The notes under the pieces were generated by a model. The model did not search any database, was not told where the DNA came from, and saw only the letters and a program-made list of their open reading frames with translations. Of a stretch of 40,561 bases of DNA, positions 8,934 through 17,809 are shown piece after piece. A program made the position numbers and the translations under genes. The stretch is from positions 1 to 40,561 of the IMG/VR virus record IMGVR_UViG_3300028361_000056; one strand, 5' to 3'. This DNA is from a virus (lineage: Duplodnaviria > Caudoviricetes). Position 1 is the first letter of the stretch. The number at the start of each line of letters is the position of its first letter.

Positions 8934-11546
8934 ATGAGTGAATTAAGTAAATATTTAGTGGAACAAATTATGCTAGAGGATAATGGTGTTATAAAAAACA
9001 CAGTAGTCGTATATTCAGGTAGATTCCAACCATTCCACAAAGGCCATTATAATACATACGAAGGACTGATCAAAAAATTCGGGAAGGATAATGTATATAT
9101 TGGCACGTCCAATAAAGTAGACTCCACCAAATCACCTTTCAGCTTTAATGAAAAGAAAAAGGTAATGGTTACCATGTTCGGTATACAACCATCCAATATA
9201 GTGCAGGTAAAAAACCCATACGCACCGACGGAAATACTAAAAAAATTCGATGAGAACACGACAGGATTTATAACGGTTGTTGGTGAAAAGGATTCCAATA
9301 GATTGGGGGGTAAGTACTTTACAAAATATAACGGTAATGTAAATCAACCATATAAAGATAGGGGGTACGTTTATATATCACCTAGTCAGCCCAACTCGGT
9401 AAGTGGCACGGAAGTAAGGAACGGATTGTCCATTGGCACATATGAAGATAAAAAGGAATTCTTTGAAAAACGTGCATATCCAAGGTTCAATAAATCAATA
9501 TTTGATTTACTTACATCAAAATTAAACGAAAGAATTGAAATACAGAAAGAAGTAATAGAAGATTGGTTATTGAATGAATCATCCTCTACATTAGGATCAC
9601 AATCAGATGCAGATGATGGTCCGACTTTTATGTTTCCTAATTACGATGTATTTAGTGTTATATCACAAAACCGAGCAAAGAAAATAGGATATGATGTAGT
9701 AAATATGATAATGACCAGGGAGTTGGAGGATTATTACGAGCACCCAACGTATCCTAACGGGCCCACAAACTCGGTATCATATTATCCAGCAGGTGTGATG
9801 GGAGCGAATACACCTAACAACCAAATAGATATTTATTCAAATGGTGCGTATGCAAAGTGGTATAAACATATGACTAGAAAGGCGACTTTAACCGGATACT
9901 CAATAATATATACCCAAGTTGAACGTGATACACAGAAAAAAATATCCAAATTGGCAGGTGATGATGCTAAAGGTGATTTAAAGTTCAAAAACTTGAAAAC
10001 TCCAAATATTAATATAGATGAATCTATAACCCTGCCAATAGAAATTGGAGATACTTTGTTAATGGGAAAATTCAAGAACAAAAAAGTGGTTGTTAAAAAT
10101 ATCGGTAAAGATGAACATGGTGTACCTACTATAAATGGAAAAAAGGTATTCACTTTCAGATATGGAAAAAAAGGTACTAATATATTTGATACTATTGTAG
10201 AATTTGAAACAGATATGAATGAAATTGCTGGTACTGAAATGAGGTGTAGAAAATGTGGACACTCATGGCCACTTGAAGTCGAGGATCAGGAAAACTATAC
10301 TTGTCATAATTGTGGGTGGGATTCACAAACTGAACAATATAATTTGGATTCACCTTATATAAAGAAAAATGGATTATTGGGAAAACCAAGGACGAACATA
10401 TATGAGGCAATAGTCGATACCTTTCAGAATTTAGGTATACTTCGTAAAGATATGCCACAAATCGAATCAGATGATGTGGATAAGTACTTAGAGTACCTTA
10501 CACAAAGTGGAATCAAGTACCAAAGTGGAAAATATCCGATTTACAAATTAAAACTGACCCAAAGGGATATCAATCTGGACAAGGTAGATAAATTATCAAC
10601 GGTAAGTAAATCAAATTTATCCAAACCCATTATAATATCAAAGGATAACTATATACTCGATGGTCACCACAGAGTTCTTGCATTATATTCAATGAACGAA
10701 AAGGAATCAATACCAACCATAATGGTAAATTTATCCATAAGGGAACTATTAAAGGTAACACATCAATTTGATGATGTAAGTTACAAAACAGTAAATGAAT
10801 CTTTGGACATGGTAGATAAAATAGATAAGGAACGTGAAAAATTACATAAGGAAGTTCTACCATTGATATCCATAAAAAAAAGATTATATTCAAAAATGGA
10901 TATTTCAGAACCAAAGGGTATTGAAGAAAAAAAATTAGATAGAAAAATAGCAGATATTTATTCTAAAATAAATCAACTTATACGTAGGAAAAACAAACTT
11001 AAAAAAAATAAGGTGTTAGAAATAAATGAAGCAAAGAATAAATTAAAATTAACAATACCATCCGATATAAAAAAAATTCATGCAGCATTCAAAAAAAGCG
11101 GCAAAAAACTTTATATTGTCGGTGGAGCAGTCAGAGATGCAATATTAGGTGTTTCTATAAAGGATTTCGATTTAGCTACGGATGCAAAACCAGATGAATC
11201 ATTGGAAATCGCTAAAAATGCAGGATTTTCCACGGCGGAAGTCGGTAAGGCTTTCGGTGTAGTAATAGTGGGGGGACATGAGGTCGCTACGTTCAGGCGT
11301 GATGTTGGTAAAGGCCGTAGACCAGATGCAGTTGATTACACCGATATAGAAGGTGATGTGAAACGTAGGGATTTGACCATAAACGCTTTATTCTACGATA
11401 TGGATAGAAGTGAGATAGTCGATTTGGTCGGTGGTATAGCGGATTTAAAGAATAATAGAATTAGAACCGTAGGTAAGGCATCCGAAAGATTCGAAGAAGA
11501 TCCACTACGAATGTTAAGATTTTTAAGATTTTTACACTCAATATAA
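8934..11546 (+). CDS. Multidomain protein, piece 1: HxGH nucleotidyltransferase + Zn ribbon + ParB-like domain + head of class II CCA-adding enzyme/poly(A) polymerase
   Basis: SGRFQPFHKGH; CRKC..CHNC; PIIISKDNYILDGHHR; IVGGAVRD..KDFDLATD, EVATFR, RRDLTINAL and EDPLRMLRFLRF, followed directly by a stop. Confidence 0.85.
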   Translation: MSELSKYLVEQIMLEDNGVIKNTVVVYSGRFQPFHKGHYNTYEGLIKKFGKDNVYIGTSNKVDSTKSPFSFNEKKKVMVTMFGIQPSNIVQVKNPYAPTEILKKFDENTTGFITVVGEKDSNRLGGKYFTKYNGNVNQPYKDRGYVYISPSQPNSVSGTEVRNGLSIGTYEDKKEFFEKRAYPRFNKSIFDLLTSKLNERIEIQKEVIEDWLLNESSSTLGSQSDADDGPTFMFPNYDVFSVISQNRAKKIGYDVVNMIMTRELEDYYEHPTYPNGPTNSVSYYPAGVMGANTPNNQIDIYSNGAYAKWYKHMTRKATLTGYSIIYTQVERDTQKKISKLAGDDAKGDLKFKNLKTPNINIDESITLPIEIGDTLLMGKFKNKKVVVKNIGKDEHGVPTINGKKVFTFRYGKKGTNIFDTIVEFETDMNEIAGTEMRCRKCGHSWPLEVEDQENYTCHNCGWDSQTEQYNLDSPYIKKNGLLGKPRTNIYEAIVDTFQNLGILRKDMPQIESDDVDKYLEYLTQSGIKYQSGKYPIYKLKLTQRDINLDKVDKLSTVSKSNLSKPIIISKDNYILDGHHRVLALYSMNEKESIPTIMVNLSIRELLKVTHQFDDVSYKTVNESLDMVDKIDKEREKLHKEVLPLISIKKRLYSKMDISEPKGIEEKKLDRKIADIYSKINQLIRRKNKLKKNKVLEINEAKNKLKLTIPSDIKKIHAAFKKSGKKLYIVGGAVRDAILGVSIKDFDLATDAKPDESLEIAKNAGFSTAEVGKAFGVVIVGGHEVATFRRDVGKGRRPDAVDYTDIEGDVKRRDLTINALFYDMDRSEIVDLVGGIADLKNNRIRTVGKASERFEEDPLRMLRFLRFLHSI

Positions 11547-11549
11547 TAT

Positions 11550-12440
11550 ATGAAACCAACACGAAAGAAATGGTCTGCTACGGAAATTAAATTTTTAAGT
11601 GATTTATATATAGTAGATGGAATGGGATTGAGTGAATTATATCCCATATATATTAAATCGTATTGCAGGACTAAAACGGCAGTACATTTAAAAATAAAAA
11701 AATTGAAATTACAACATACAAAAAAACAGACCAGTGATATAAAGAGTAGAATTAATACTGGAACTGGAAATGGTATGTATGGTAAGGTTGGTTGGAGTTT
11801 GGGTAGAACCAAGGAATCATGTGATATTTTAAATGAAAATTCTAAAAAAATATCAAAGTCAAGACTAATACAATCAAAATTAGGAAATCTACCTGATATA
11901 TCTGGTGAAAATAATCCTATGTTTGGTGTAATTCCATTTAATAAAAATAAAACAAATATAGAATTGTTTGGTACACAAAAAGCTAAATTGATTTCTGATA
12001 TGATAAGTAACGGTCAGGTTAATTTTTGGAAAAATATTAATATAGATGAAAAAAATAAAAGAATCGATTTATTAAATAAAGCTAGAATACATCATAATAT
12101 TAAAACATCCATTGAAGTTAAAATGGAAAATTTTTTGATTGATAATAATATATTATATGAGTATAATAAAAAAATAGGTAGATTTTATGTTGATTTTTAT
12201 TTACCACTATATAAGTTGGTAATTGAATGTGATGGTGATTACTGGCATGCAAATCCCATATTATATAATGATATTAAATTAGATGAAACTCAAATATCAA
12301 ATAAATCCAGGGATAATAGGAAAAATTTACTATTAAATGAAAGGCATATATCATTTATTAGAATTTGGGAACATGATATTAATAATAATTTCAATGAAGT
12401 AAAAAATAAAATATGGGAACTACTGATAAGGAAAATTTAA
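11550..12440 (+). CDS. Free-standing homing endonuclease (NUMOD-like repeats + DUF559/Vsr-like PD-(D/E)XK domain) inserted in the CCA enzyme
   Basis: GNGMYGK and GENNPMFG repeats; FYVDFYLP..LVIECDGDYWH..RD..K..IRIWE. Confidence 0.8.
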   Translation: MKPTRKKWSATEIKFLSDLYIVDGMGLSELYPIYIKSYCRTKTAVHLKIKKLKLQHTKKQTSDIKSRINTGTGNGMYGKVGWSLGRTKESCDILNENSKKISKSRLIQSKLGNLPDISGENNPMFGVIPFNKNKTNIELFGTQKAKLISDMISNGQVNFWKNINIDEKNKRIDLLNKARIHHNIKTSIEVKMENFLIDNNILYEYNKKIGRFYVDFYLPLYKLVIECDGDYWHANPILYNDIKLDETQISNKSRDNRKNLLLNERHISFIRIWEHDINNNFNEVKNKIWELLIRKI

Positions 12441-14926
12441 TTATATTAAAGAATAATTCACATCTACTAAAGACTATAAGTTCTGAAAGAATCCGTGATG
12501 AATTTACTAAATCGTTAAAAAGTGCAAAATCCACTAAAGATTATCTAACTATGTTGGATAAAATTGGGTTTACTAAACTAATATTACCTACTTTGACCGT
12601 TAGTAAGCCCTACATCGATGAGAGTGATTATATAGTGTTGTTATCGTGGATATTACGAAAGAATACAATAGATTCACTTAATAAGAATTTAAATAAACTT
12701 AATTATACTTCGGATGAAATAAAACAAATTGTATTCCTATCATCATTACAAAACTTTAATCCATCGGAAGTATCACAATTTAAAAAGAAACACAACAATT
12801 CAGGATTAAGTGATTCACAGATACTACGTTATGGTAAATTAATAAGTAAAGATTTAAAGAAATTTGTAAAGTTTAACCTATCGGTAAAGGGAAACGAAGT
12901 GCCAAGTGATGTAAAGGGAGCTGATATTGGTAAGTGGATAAACGATTTGGAGACCAAAAAATTCTTAAATGAGGGAGTAAATGAGGGAGTAAATGAGGGA
13001 GTAAATACAAAGGAATTATCAAAAAAATACGGAGTACAACTTGATATCTATGAGTACCCTGATTACTTAGAACTAAGTAGAATAATTGTTCCAAAGGATA
13101 AAAGAGGACAGGGAATTGGTTCAAAGGTAATGTCCGATATAATATCATACGCAAAACAGAACAAAAAGGATATATTCTTAACACCATCCACCGACTTTGG
13201 GGGTAATAGGGGTAGATTGGTAAAATTATATAAATCATTTGGATTTAAACCGAACAGCGGTAGTAATAGAGATTTCAGAAGTAAGGAAAGTATGAAACTA
13301 ACGAATGAAATGGCAAAATCAGATTTGGACACTATTGAGAGATATGCTGATTCAAAACTATCACCGGAGGATATTGAATTTACAAAACATTTTTTTGATA
13401 GGTTGAACGATCCTAGAAACGGCAAAGAAATAACGGTTGGGGAACTTACTGGGTTCTTTAAGAGATTATCAAAGCACAAAAAGAACTTTATAGCATTTTT
13501 GTCAAAATATAATGATATTGTAATAAAGGATAAAAAAACTAAAATAAATATACCATTTATTAAGCAATCCAATAAAGTAATTGCAAAAACTGTAATGAGG
13601 AAGAATGATTTTAAAGTTAGTGTTCCTGCGTTTGTGTTCGAATCACCCCAAACCGATTCAGTAGACAAAATAGTAGAGGATATGGATTTGTTCCTACAGA
13701 AACACTTTGGAATAAAAAACCCAATTACAGAGGGCGGTGATTTTGTTGTGTGCAATGAATGTAACGGTAAATTTAAACAAATCCAATATAGACACTTAAA
13801 GTATTCACATAATATGACGATGGATGAATATAAACAAAAATATCCAAATTCATTATTGGTAAGTGAGTCATCCAAATCATTTGGGGATAAAAATCCAATG
13901 AAAAACAAAAGTGTTATAGATAAACACAAAAAAATAATGTCTAGTGATACTCACAAAGAAAAAATGAGTGAAGTGATGACTGGTAAAAACATAGGAAACA
14001 TACGAGAAGATTTAAGAAAATTAAATAAGAATTCAGAATTTAGAAAAAAAATAAGTGATGGAGTAAAAAAATCATATGAAAATAACCCAGAGCTTAGAAA
14101 ACAAAGAGGGAAAATCGGTAAAAAATACGGATTTGGTAATAAAAAATTAGTAGATTCTTTATATGAAAAACTAGGTTGGACACGACCAGAGGATAAAGAT
14201 GAATTTAAGTTATATACTGAATTAGTAAGACGAAAAACCAACGAAAATTACCAAAAGTATTTTAGCGAAATACCAAATGCTAAAAAAAGAAGTAGAGAGT
14301 TCCATTTAGATCATAAATTATCTATAAAGGATTCATATAAAATGGGATTACCTATAAGTGTAGTATCACATTATAAAAATTTGTGTATTATCGGTGGTAG
14401 ATTAAATGAAAGTAAAGGAGCTACTTCATCAATAACATTAAATGAACTCATATATGATACATTGGATTCATTAAATCCATTTGATAATAGAATATTATTA
14501 CAATGTGGTGGAAGCTACGGGCATATGAACCATCCGTTCGATACAAGTATCAACTTAACGTTCGGCCAATTGAAAGATATAGCAAACAAGGCACTTGATG
14601 GTGAACTTGAACTTACCCGTGAAAAGTGTGTATATGGTGATGCAATGATACAGACAGAAAATCATGGTGAAATGACATTACGTGAATTCGTCGATGGTAA
14701 CGTATTTGATAAAGTTCTTGCATATGATGATCAAACTGGTGTTAGTACTTATAAGGATGTTATTGCAAAGATGAATAATGGTGATACTGATGAATGGTTA
14801 GAAATCGAATTAGAAAATGGGCAGATAATTCAAGTAACTCCAAATCATAGAATTTATGTAGAAAATATTGGATATGTTCAAGCACAAGATTTAACAGAAG
14901 ATATGGAATTAAAAATTAATAAATAA
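12413..14926 (+). CDS. Multidomain protein, piece 2: CCA-enzyme body + GNAT acetyltransferase + unknown phage domain + HNH + start of ligase-like domain + split-intein N-part
   Basis: ISSERIRDEF; VPKDKRGQGIG..LYKSFGF; FTKHFFDRLND; HLDHKLS..NL..N..K; GHMNHPFD..TREK, then CVYGD..VTPNH. Confidence 0.8.
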   Translation: MGTTDKENLIILKNNSHLLKTISSERIRDEFTKSLKSAKSTKDYLTMLDKIGFTKLILPTLTVSKPYIDESDYIVLLSWILRKNTIDSLNKNLNKLNYTSDEIKQIVFLSSLQNFNPSEVSQFKKKHNNSGLSDSQILRYGKLISKDLKKFVKFNLSVKGNEVPSDVKGADIGKWINDLETKKFLNEGVNEGVNEGVNTKELSKKYGVQLDIYEYPDYLELSRIIVPKDKRGQGIGSKVMSDIISYAKQNKKDIFLTPSTDFGGNRGRLVKLYKSFGFKPNSGSNRDFRSKESMKLTNEMAKSDLDTIERYADSKLSPEDIEFTKHFFDRLNDPRNGKEITVGELTGFFKRLSKHKKNFIAFLSKYNDIVIKDKKTKINIPFIKQSNKVIAKTVMRKNDFKVSVPAFVFESPQTDSVDKIVEDMDLFLQKHFGIKNPITEGGDFVVCNECNGKFKQIQYRHLKYSHNMTMDEYKQKYPNSLLVSESSKSFGDKNPMKNKSVIDKHKKIMSSDTHKEKMSEVMTGKNIGNIREDLRKLNKNSEFRKKISDGVKKSYENNPELRKQRGKIGKKYGFGNKKLVDSLYEKLGWTRPEDKDEFKLYTELVRRKTNENYQKYFSEIPNAKKRSREFHLDHKLSIKDSYKMGLPISVVSHYKNLCIIGGRLNESKGATSSITLNELIYDTLDSLNPFDNRILLQCGGSYGHMNHPFDTSINLTFGQLKDIANKALDGELELTREKCVYGDAMIQTENHGEMTLREFVDGNVFDKVLAYDDQTGVSTYKDVIAKMNNGDTDEWLEIELENGQIIQVTPNHRIYVENIGYVQAQDLTEDMELKINK
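12966..13006 (+). repeat. 12-bp tandem repeat TAAATGAGGGAG x3.4 encoding LNEG-VNEG-VNEG-VN
   Basis: Exact copies read directly, at the CCA/GNAT domain junction. Confidence 0.95.
13739..14512 (+). mobile_element. In-frame HNH homing-endonuclease-like insert (about 258 aa) with no intein motifs
   Basis: CNEC..H...H Zn finger, GDKNPMK and NUMOD3-like helices, HNH core; lies between ITEGG and LLQCGG-SYGHM. Confidence 0.6.
14627..14923 (+). mobile_element. Split intein N-fragment (99 aa)
   Basis: Cys1 block A CVYGDAMIQT, block B IQVTPNHRIY, and A.DL before the stop; acidic. Confidence 0.9.
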
Positions 14927-14976
14927 CCACCATCGGTTTTTTCTCAACTCATATATTATAATAAAGATATATAAAT

Positions 14977-15708
14977 ATGGAAACTTGTAAATATTGTGGT
15001 AATGAAATAAAAATCAAGGGTAAGTTGAGTATGATTGGTCATATTACAAACTGTGTTGAATTTAAAAAATGGAAAGATATTACATTTACATATGAATATT
15101 TATATGAAGAATATGTTAATAAAGAAAAATCGGCCTTGCAGATAGCAAATGAAAATGGATGGAAATCTTCTACAATTATAAATAAACAATTACGGAAATT
15201 GAATATATCAGTTAGAAGTATTAAGCAATCACATTATACTGAAAAATATAAAGAACGAATTGAAAACACAAATATAGTACGTTATGGAGCAATTAATCCA
15301 TTATCACGTGGAACAATACCGTTTGAAAAAAAAAATACTACTGTATTAAAAAAATATGGAGTTGATAATGTTTGGAAAAATGAAATTGTTAAAGAAAAAA
15401 TAAGAAAATCAGGTGCATTTAAAAAATTATTTCCGAATTATAATATAAAATCAATACCAATTATAGAACAGTACGGTAAAGAAAATGGATATAATTTCCA
15501 ACATGCAGAAAATGGTGGTGAATATTATGTAGAAGGATTGGGATATTAGTTAGATGGATATGATGTCGATAAAAATGTGGCATTAGAAATTGATGAACCA
15601 CATCATTTTACAAACAGTGGTAAATTAAGAAAAAAAGATATTATACGTCAAGAAAAAATAGAAAATAAACTTGAATGTAAATTTATAAGAATTAGATATG
15701 AAAATTAA
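14977..15708 (+). pseudogene. PD-(D/E)XK-type homing endonuclease between the split-intein halves, with an in-frame TAG
   Basis: The frame continues after TAG 15547-15549: GY*LDGYDVDKNVALEIDEPHHF..RKKDIIRQEKIENKLECKFIRIRYEN*. The putative catalytic acidic residues lie after the stop. Confidence 0.8.
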
Positions 15709-15802
15709 ATCAATAAAAGCTATAAAAAAATCACAAACCAGATATGATTTAACGGTTGATGATTTTTCATGCTACTATGCAAATGATATATTAGTTCATA
15801 AT
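15698..15802 (+). mobile_element. Split intein C-fragment (35 aa)
   Basis: MKIKSIK..RYDLTV..YYANDILVHN followed by Thr+1; basic. Confidence 0.9.
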
Positions 15803-16891
15803 ACAGATGGTCAAGCACTTGCAATATCGTGGAAAAATGGTAAATTAATAGCAGCTCGTAATAAGGGACACTTGAAGAACAAAGGTGAAAACGCACTTGA
15901 CATTAACGGTATATCCGATAAGTTCAAGGGTAGGGGTGAATTGGAAAAGGCATACAACTTTGCAATGTCGGATTTATCCAATGCAATAAAATCACTATCC
16001 GATAAACAAAAGGATAAGGTATTCCAAGAAGGTGGTTCGTTCATGAATTTGGAGGTAATATATCCAACTTCGGTAAACGTAATACCATACGACCAAGCTT
16101 TATTGGTATTCCATGGAACTATGCAGTATAATATAGATGGAGTTGCAATCGGTGAGAACCAGGATGCAGGTAGAATACTAGCCGGTATGATAAAACAAGT
16201 AAACCAACAAGTACAGAAGAAATATACAATTCAGGGACCACCTGTAATTGAATTACCAAAATCACAAAAGTTATCATCACTTAAACCTCAATATATTTCA
16301 CAAATATCAAAACTACAGAGTGAATTTAAATTAAAGGATAGTGATGGTGTCGCTGAATATCATCAGTCCTGGTGGGAAAATTGGATTACGAAGAATTCCC
16401 CAACCAAATTGGATAAAAATACATTACAGGGATTAACTAAAAGATGGGCGTTCTTTGATAAATCATATAGGTTGGATAATAAGAACATTAGTGATGATAC
16501 CACGTTGAAATGGGCAAAATCACATGAAAATGATAACCATGCTAAAATATCAAAGGATAATTTAATGAAATTTGAAAATATATTCTTAGGTATCGGTGCA
16601 GATGTACTTGAATTTACTTCATCTGTCCTTGCGGTCAATCCCGATACGGCGGTAAGGAATATTAAAAAGAGACTGGATAAAACAATTAAGGATGTAAGGT
16701 CGGGTGGTAGTGAAAAACAAATTGCCAAGTTGGAACTGGAACTTAAAAGGTTGAATGCCATTGGTGGTGTTGATAAAATAGTACCTAATGAAGGAATTGT
16801 ATTTAGATATACTGCAAATGATGAAATTTACACACTGAAACTAACTGGAAGCTTCGCGGCCCTTAACCAGTTGTTAGGTATTTTTTACTAA
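15698..16891 (+). CDS. Multidomain protein, piece 3: split-intein C-part + remainder of a KxDG nucleotidyltransferase (RNA-ligase-like) domain
   Basis: Splicing joins REK|TDGQ (motif I). Later motif-like segments: NLEVI, LVFHG, EGIVFR, LKLTG. Confidence 0.7.
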   Translation: MKIKSIKAIKKSQTRYDLTVDDFSCYYANDILVHNTDGQALAISWKNGKLIAARNKGHLKNKGENALDINGISDKFKGRGELEKAYNFAMSDLSNAIKSLSDKQKDKVFQEGGSFMNLEVIYPTSVNVIPYDQALLVFHGTMQYNIDGVAIGENQDAGRILAGMIKQVNQQVQKKYTIQGPPVIELPKSQKLSSLKPQYISQISKLQSEFKLKDSDGVAEYHQSWWENWITKNSPTKLDKNTLQGLTKRWAFFDKSYRLDNKNISDDTTLKWAKSHENDNHAKISKDNLMKFENIFLGIGADVLEFTSSVLAVNPDTAVRNIKKRLDKTIKDVRSGGSEKQIAKLELELKRLNAIGGVDKIVPNEGIVFRYTANDEIYTLKLTGSFAALNQLLGIFY

Positions 16892-16940
16892 ACCACCCCG
16901 TAAATTTATACAAAAACATTATTTTATTATACTTATAGGT

Positions 16941-17747
16941 ATGATAGTATATAAAGTTACAAATAAGATAAGTGGAAATGTTTATATTGGACAAACCATA
17001 AAAAGTTTAGAGGATAGAAAACAACAACATATAAAATCCATTGAAACGGGTAAAACTCATTTTTACAATACACTTCGTTCCTATGGTGAAGATAATTTCC
17101 TATGGGAAGTTATAGATACTGCTAAATCCAAAAAAGAATTAAATAAAAAAGAAATTCATTGGATAAACGAATATGACTCAAAAAATAATGGGTATAATAT
17201 GGTAGATGGCGGAACTGGTGGATATAATGAAGAAGCTGTAAAAGCTAATCGTAAAAAGAAAGGAAAAAAATGGGAAGATATATACACACCAGAAGGACTT
17301 TTAGTAATGCAAGAAGTTTCTAAACAATTGGGTATAAAATTAGGTGAAATTTCTAAAAATAGAACGGCCGAAGAAAAAATAAGAATAGCTAGAATGGGAG
17401 CAGATGCACTAAATAATTCAGATTACCAACATACAGAAGAAACGAAGAAAAAAATATCGGATGCACAAATCGGTATAACATATGAAGAACGATACGGTAA
17501 GATAAATTCAGAAAAAGTTAAAAAGAACGTGTCCGAAGGAACAAAAAAAGCAATGGCTAAATTAGATTGGGATAATCTTATGGAAAAGGCACTAAAGGGA
17601 AGAAAAAACTATTGGGATAGAAAACACGAAGAACAACGAAAAGAAATAGTGAGATTAAAATCAGAAGGATTTAAGGTAAAGGAAATTATAGCTAAATTGA
17701 ATGTTTCATATCCTACATACTATAAGAGATTATCCGAAATTCAATAA
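16941..17747 (+). CDS. GIY-YIG homing endonuclease with NUMOD3-like repeats
   Basis: IVYKVTN..VYIGQT..R..H, E..WI, GYN..GG; HTEETKKKIS. Confidence 0.9.
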   Translation: MIVYKVTNKISGNVYIGQTIKSLEDRKQQHIKSIETGKTHFYNTLRSYGEDNFLWEVIDTAKSKKELNKKEIHWINEYDSKNNGYNMVDGGTGGYNEEAVKANRKKKGKKWEDIYTPEGLLVMQEVSKQLGIKLGEISKNRTAEEKIRIARMGADALNNSDYQHTEETKKKISDAQIGITYEERYGKINSEKVKKNVSEGTKKAMAKLDWDNLMEKALKGRKNYWDRKHEEQRKEIVRLKSEGFKVKEIIAKLNVSYPTYYKRLSEIQ

Positions 17748-17769
17748 TTTTCTATTAATTTTTAGTTTA

Positions 17770-17779
17770 TATATTTATA
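17770..17779 (+). promoter_or_regulatory. TATATTTATA candidate late promoter
   Basis: 30 nt upstream of ATG 17810, at the head of the terminase cluster. Confidence 0.5.
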
Positions 17780-17809
17780 TATGAAATCATGTTATAAATA
17801 ATACGAAAT

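Noticed and set aside
11544-12412. Group I intron carrying the nuclease
   Set aside because: The nuclease ORF fills the whole interval and I see no P7-type pairing near the 3' end. Not excluded without a covariance-model search.
11544-12415. Ribosomal bypass as in T4 gene 60
   Set aside because: The gap is ~870 nt, no take-off hairpin is visible, and an in-frame TAA sits two codons before the downstream ATG.
13063-13929. 288-aa minus-strand ORF and the other antisense ORFs in the track
   Set aside because: They are shadows of motif-rich + strand genes and show no recognisable motifs.
15547-15549. Genome-wide TAG recoding (code 15)
   Set aside because: All other long genes are intact in code 11, and the capsid gene ends in TAG just before its terminator. 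A single nonsense change is simpler.
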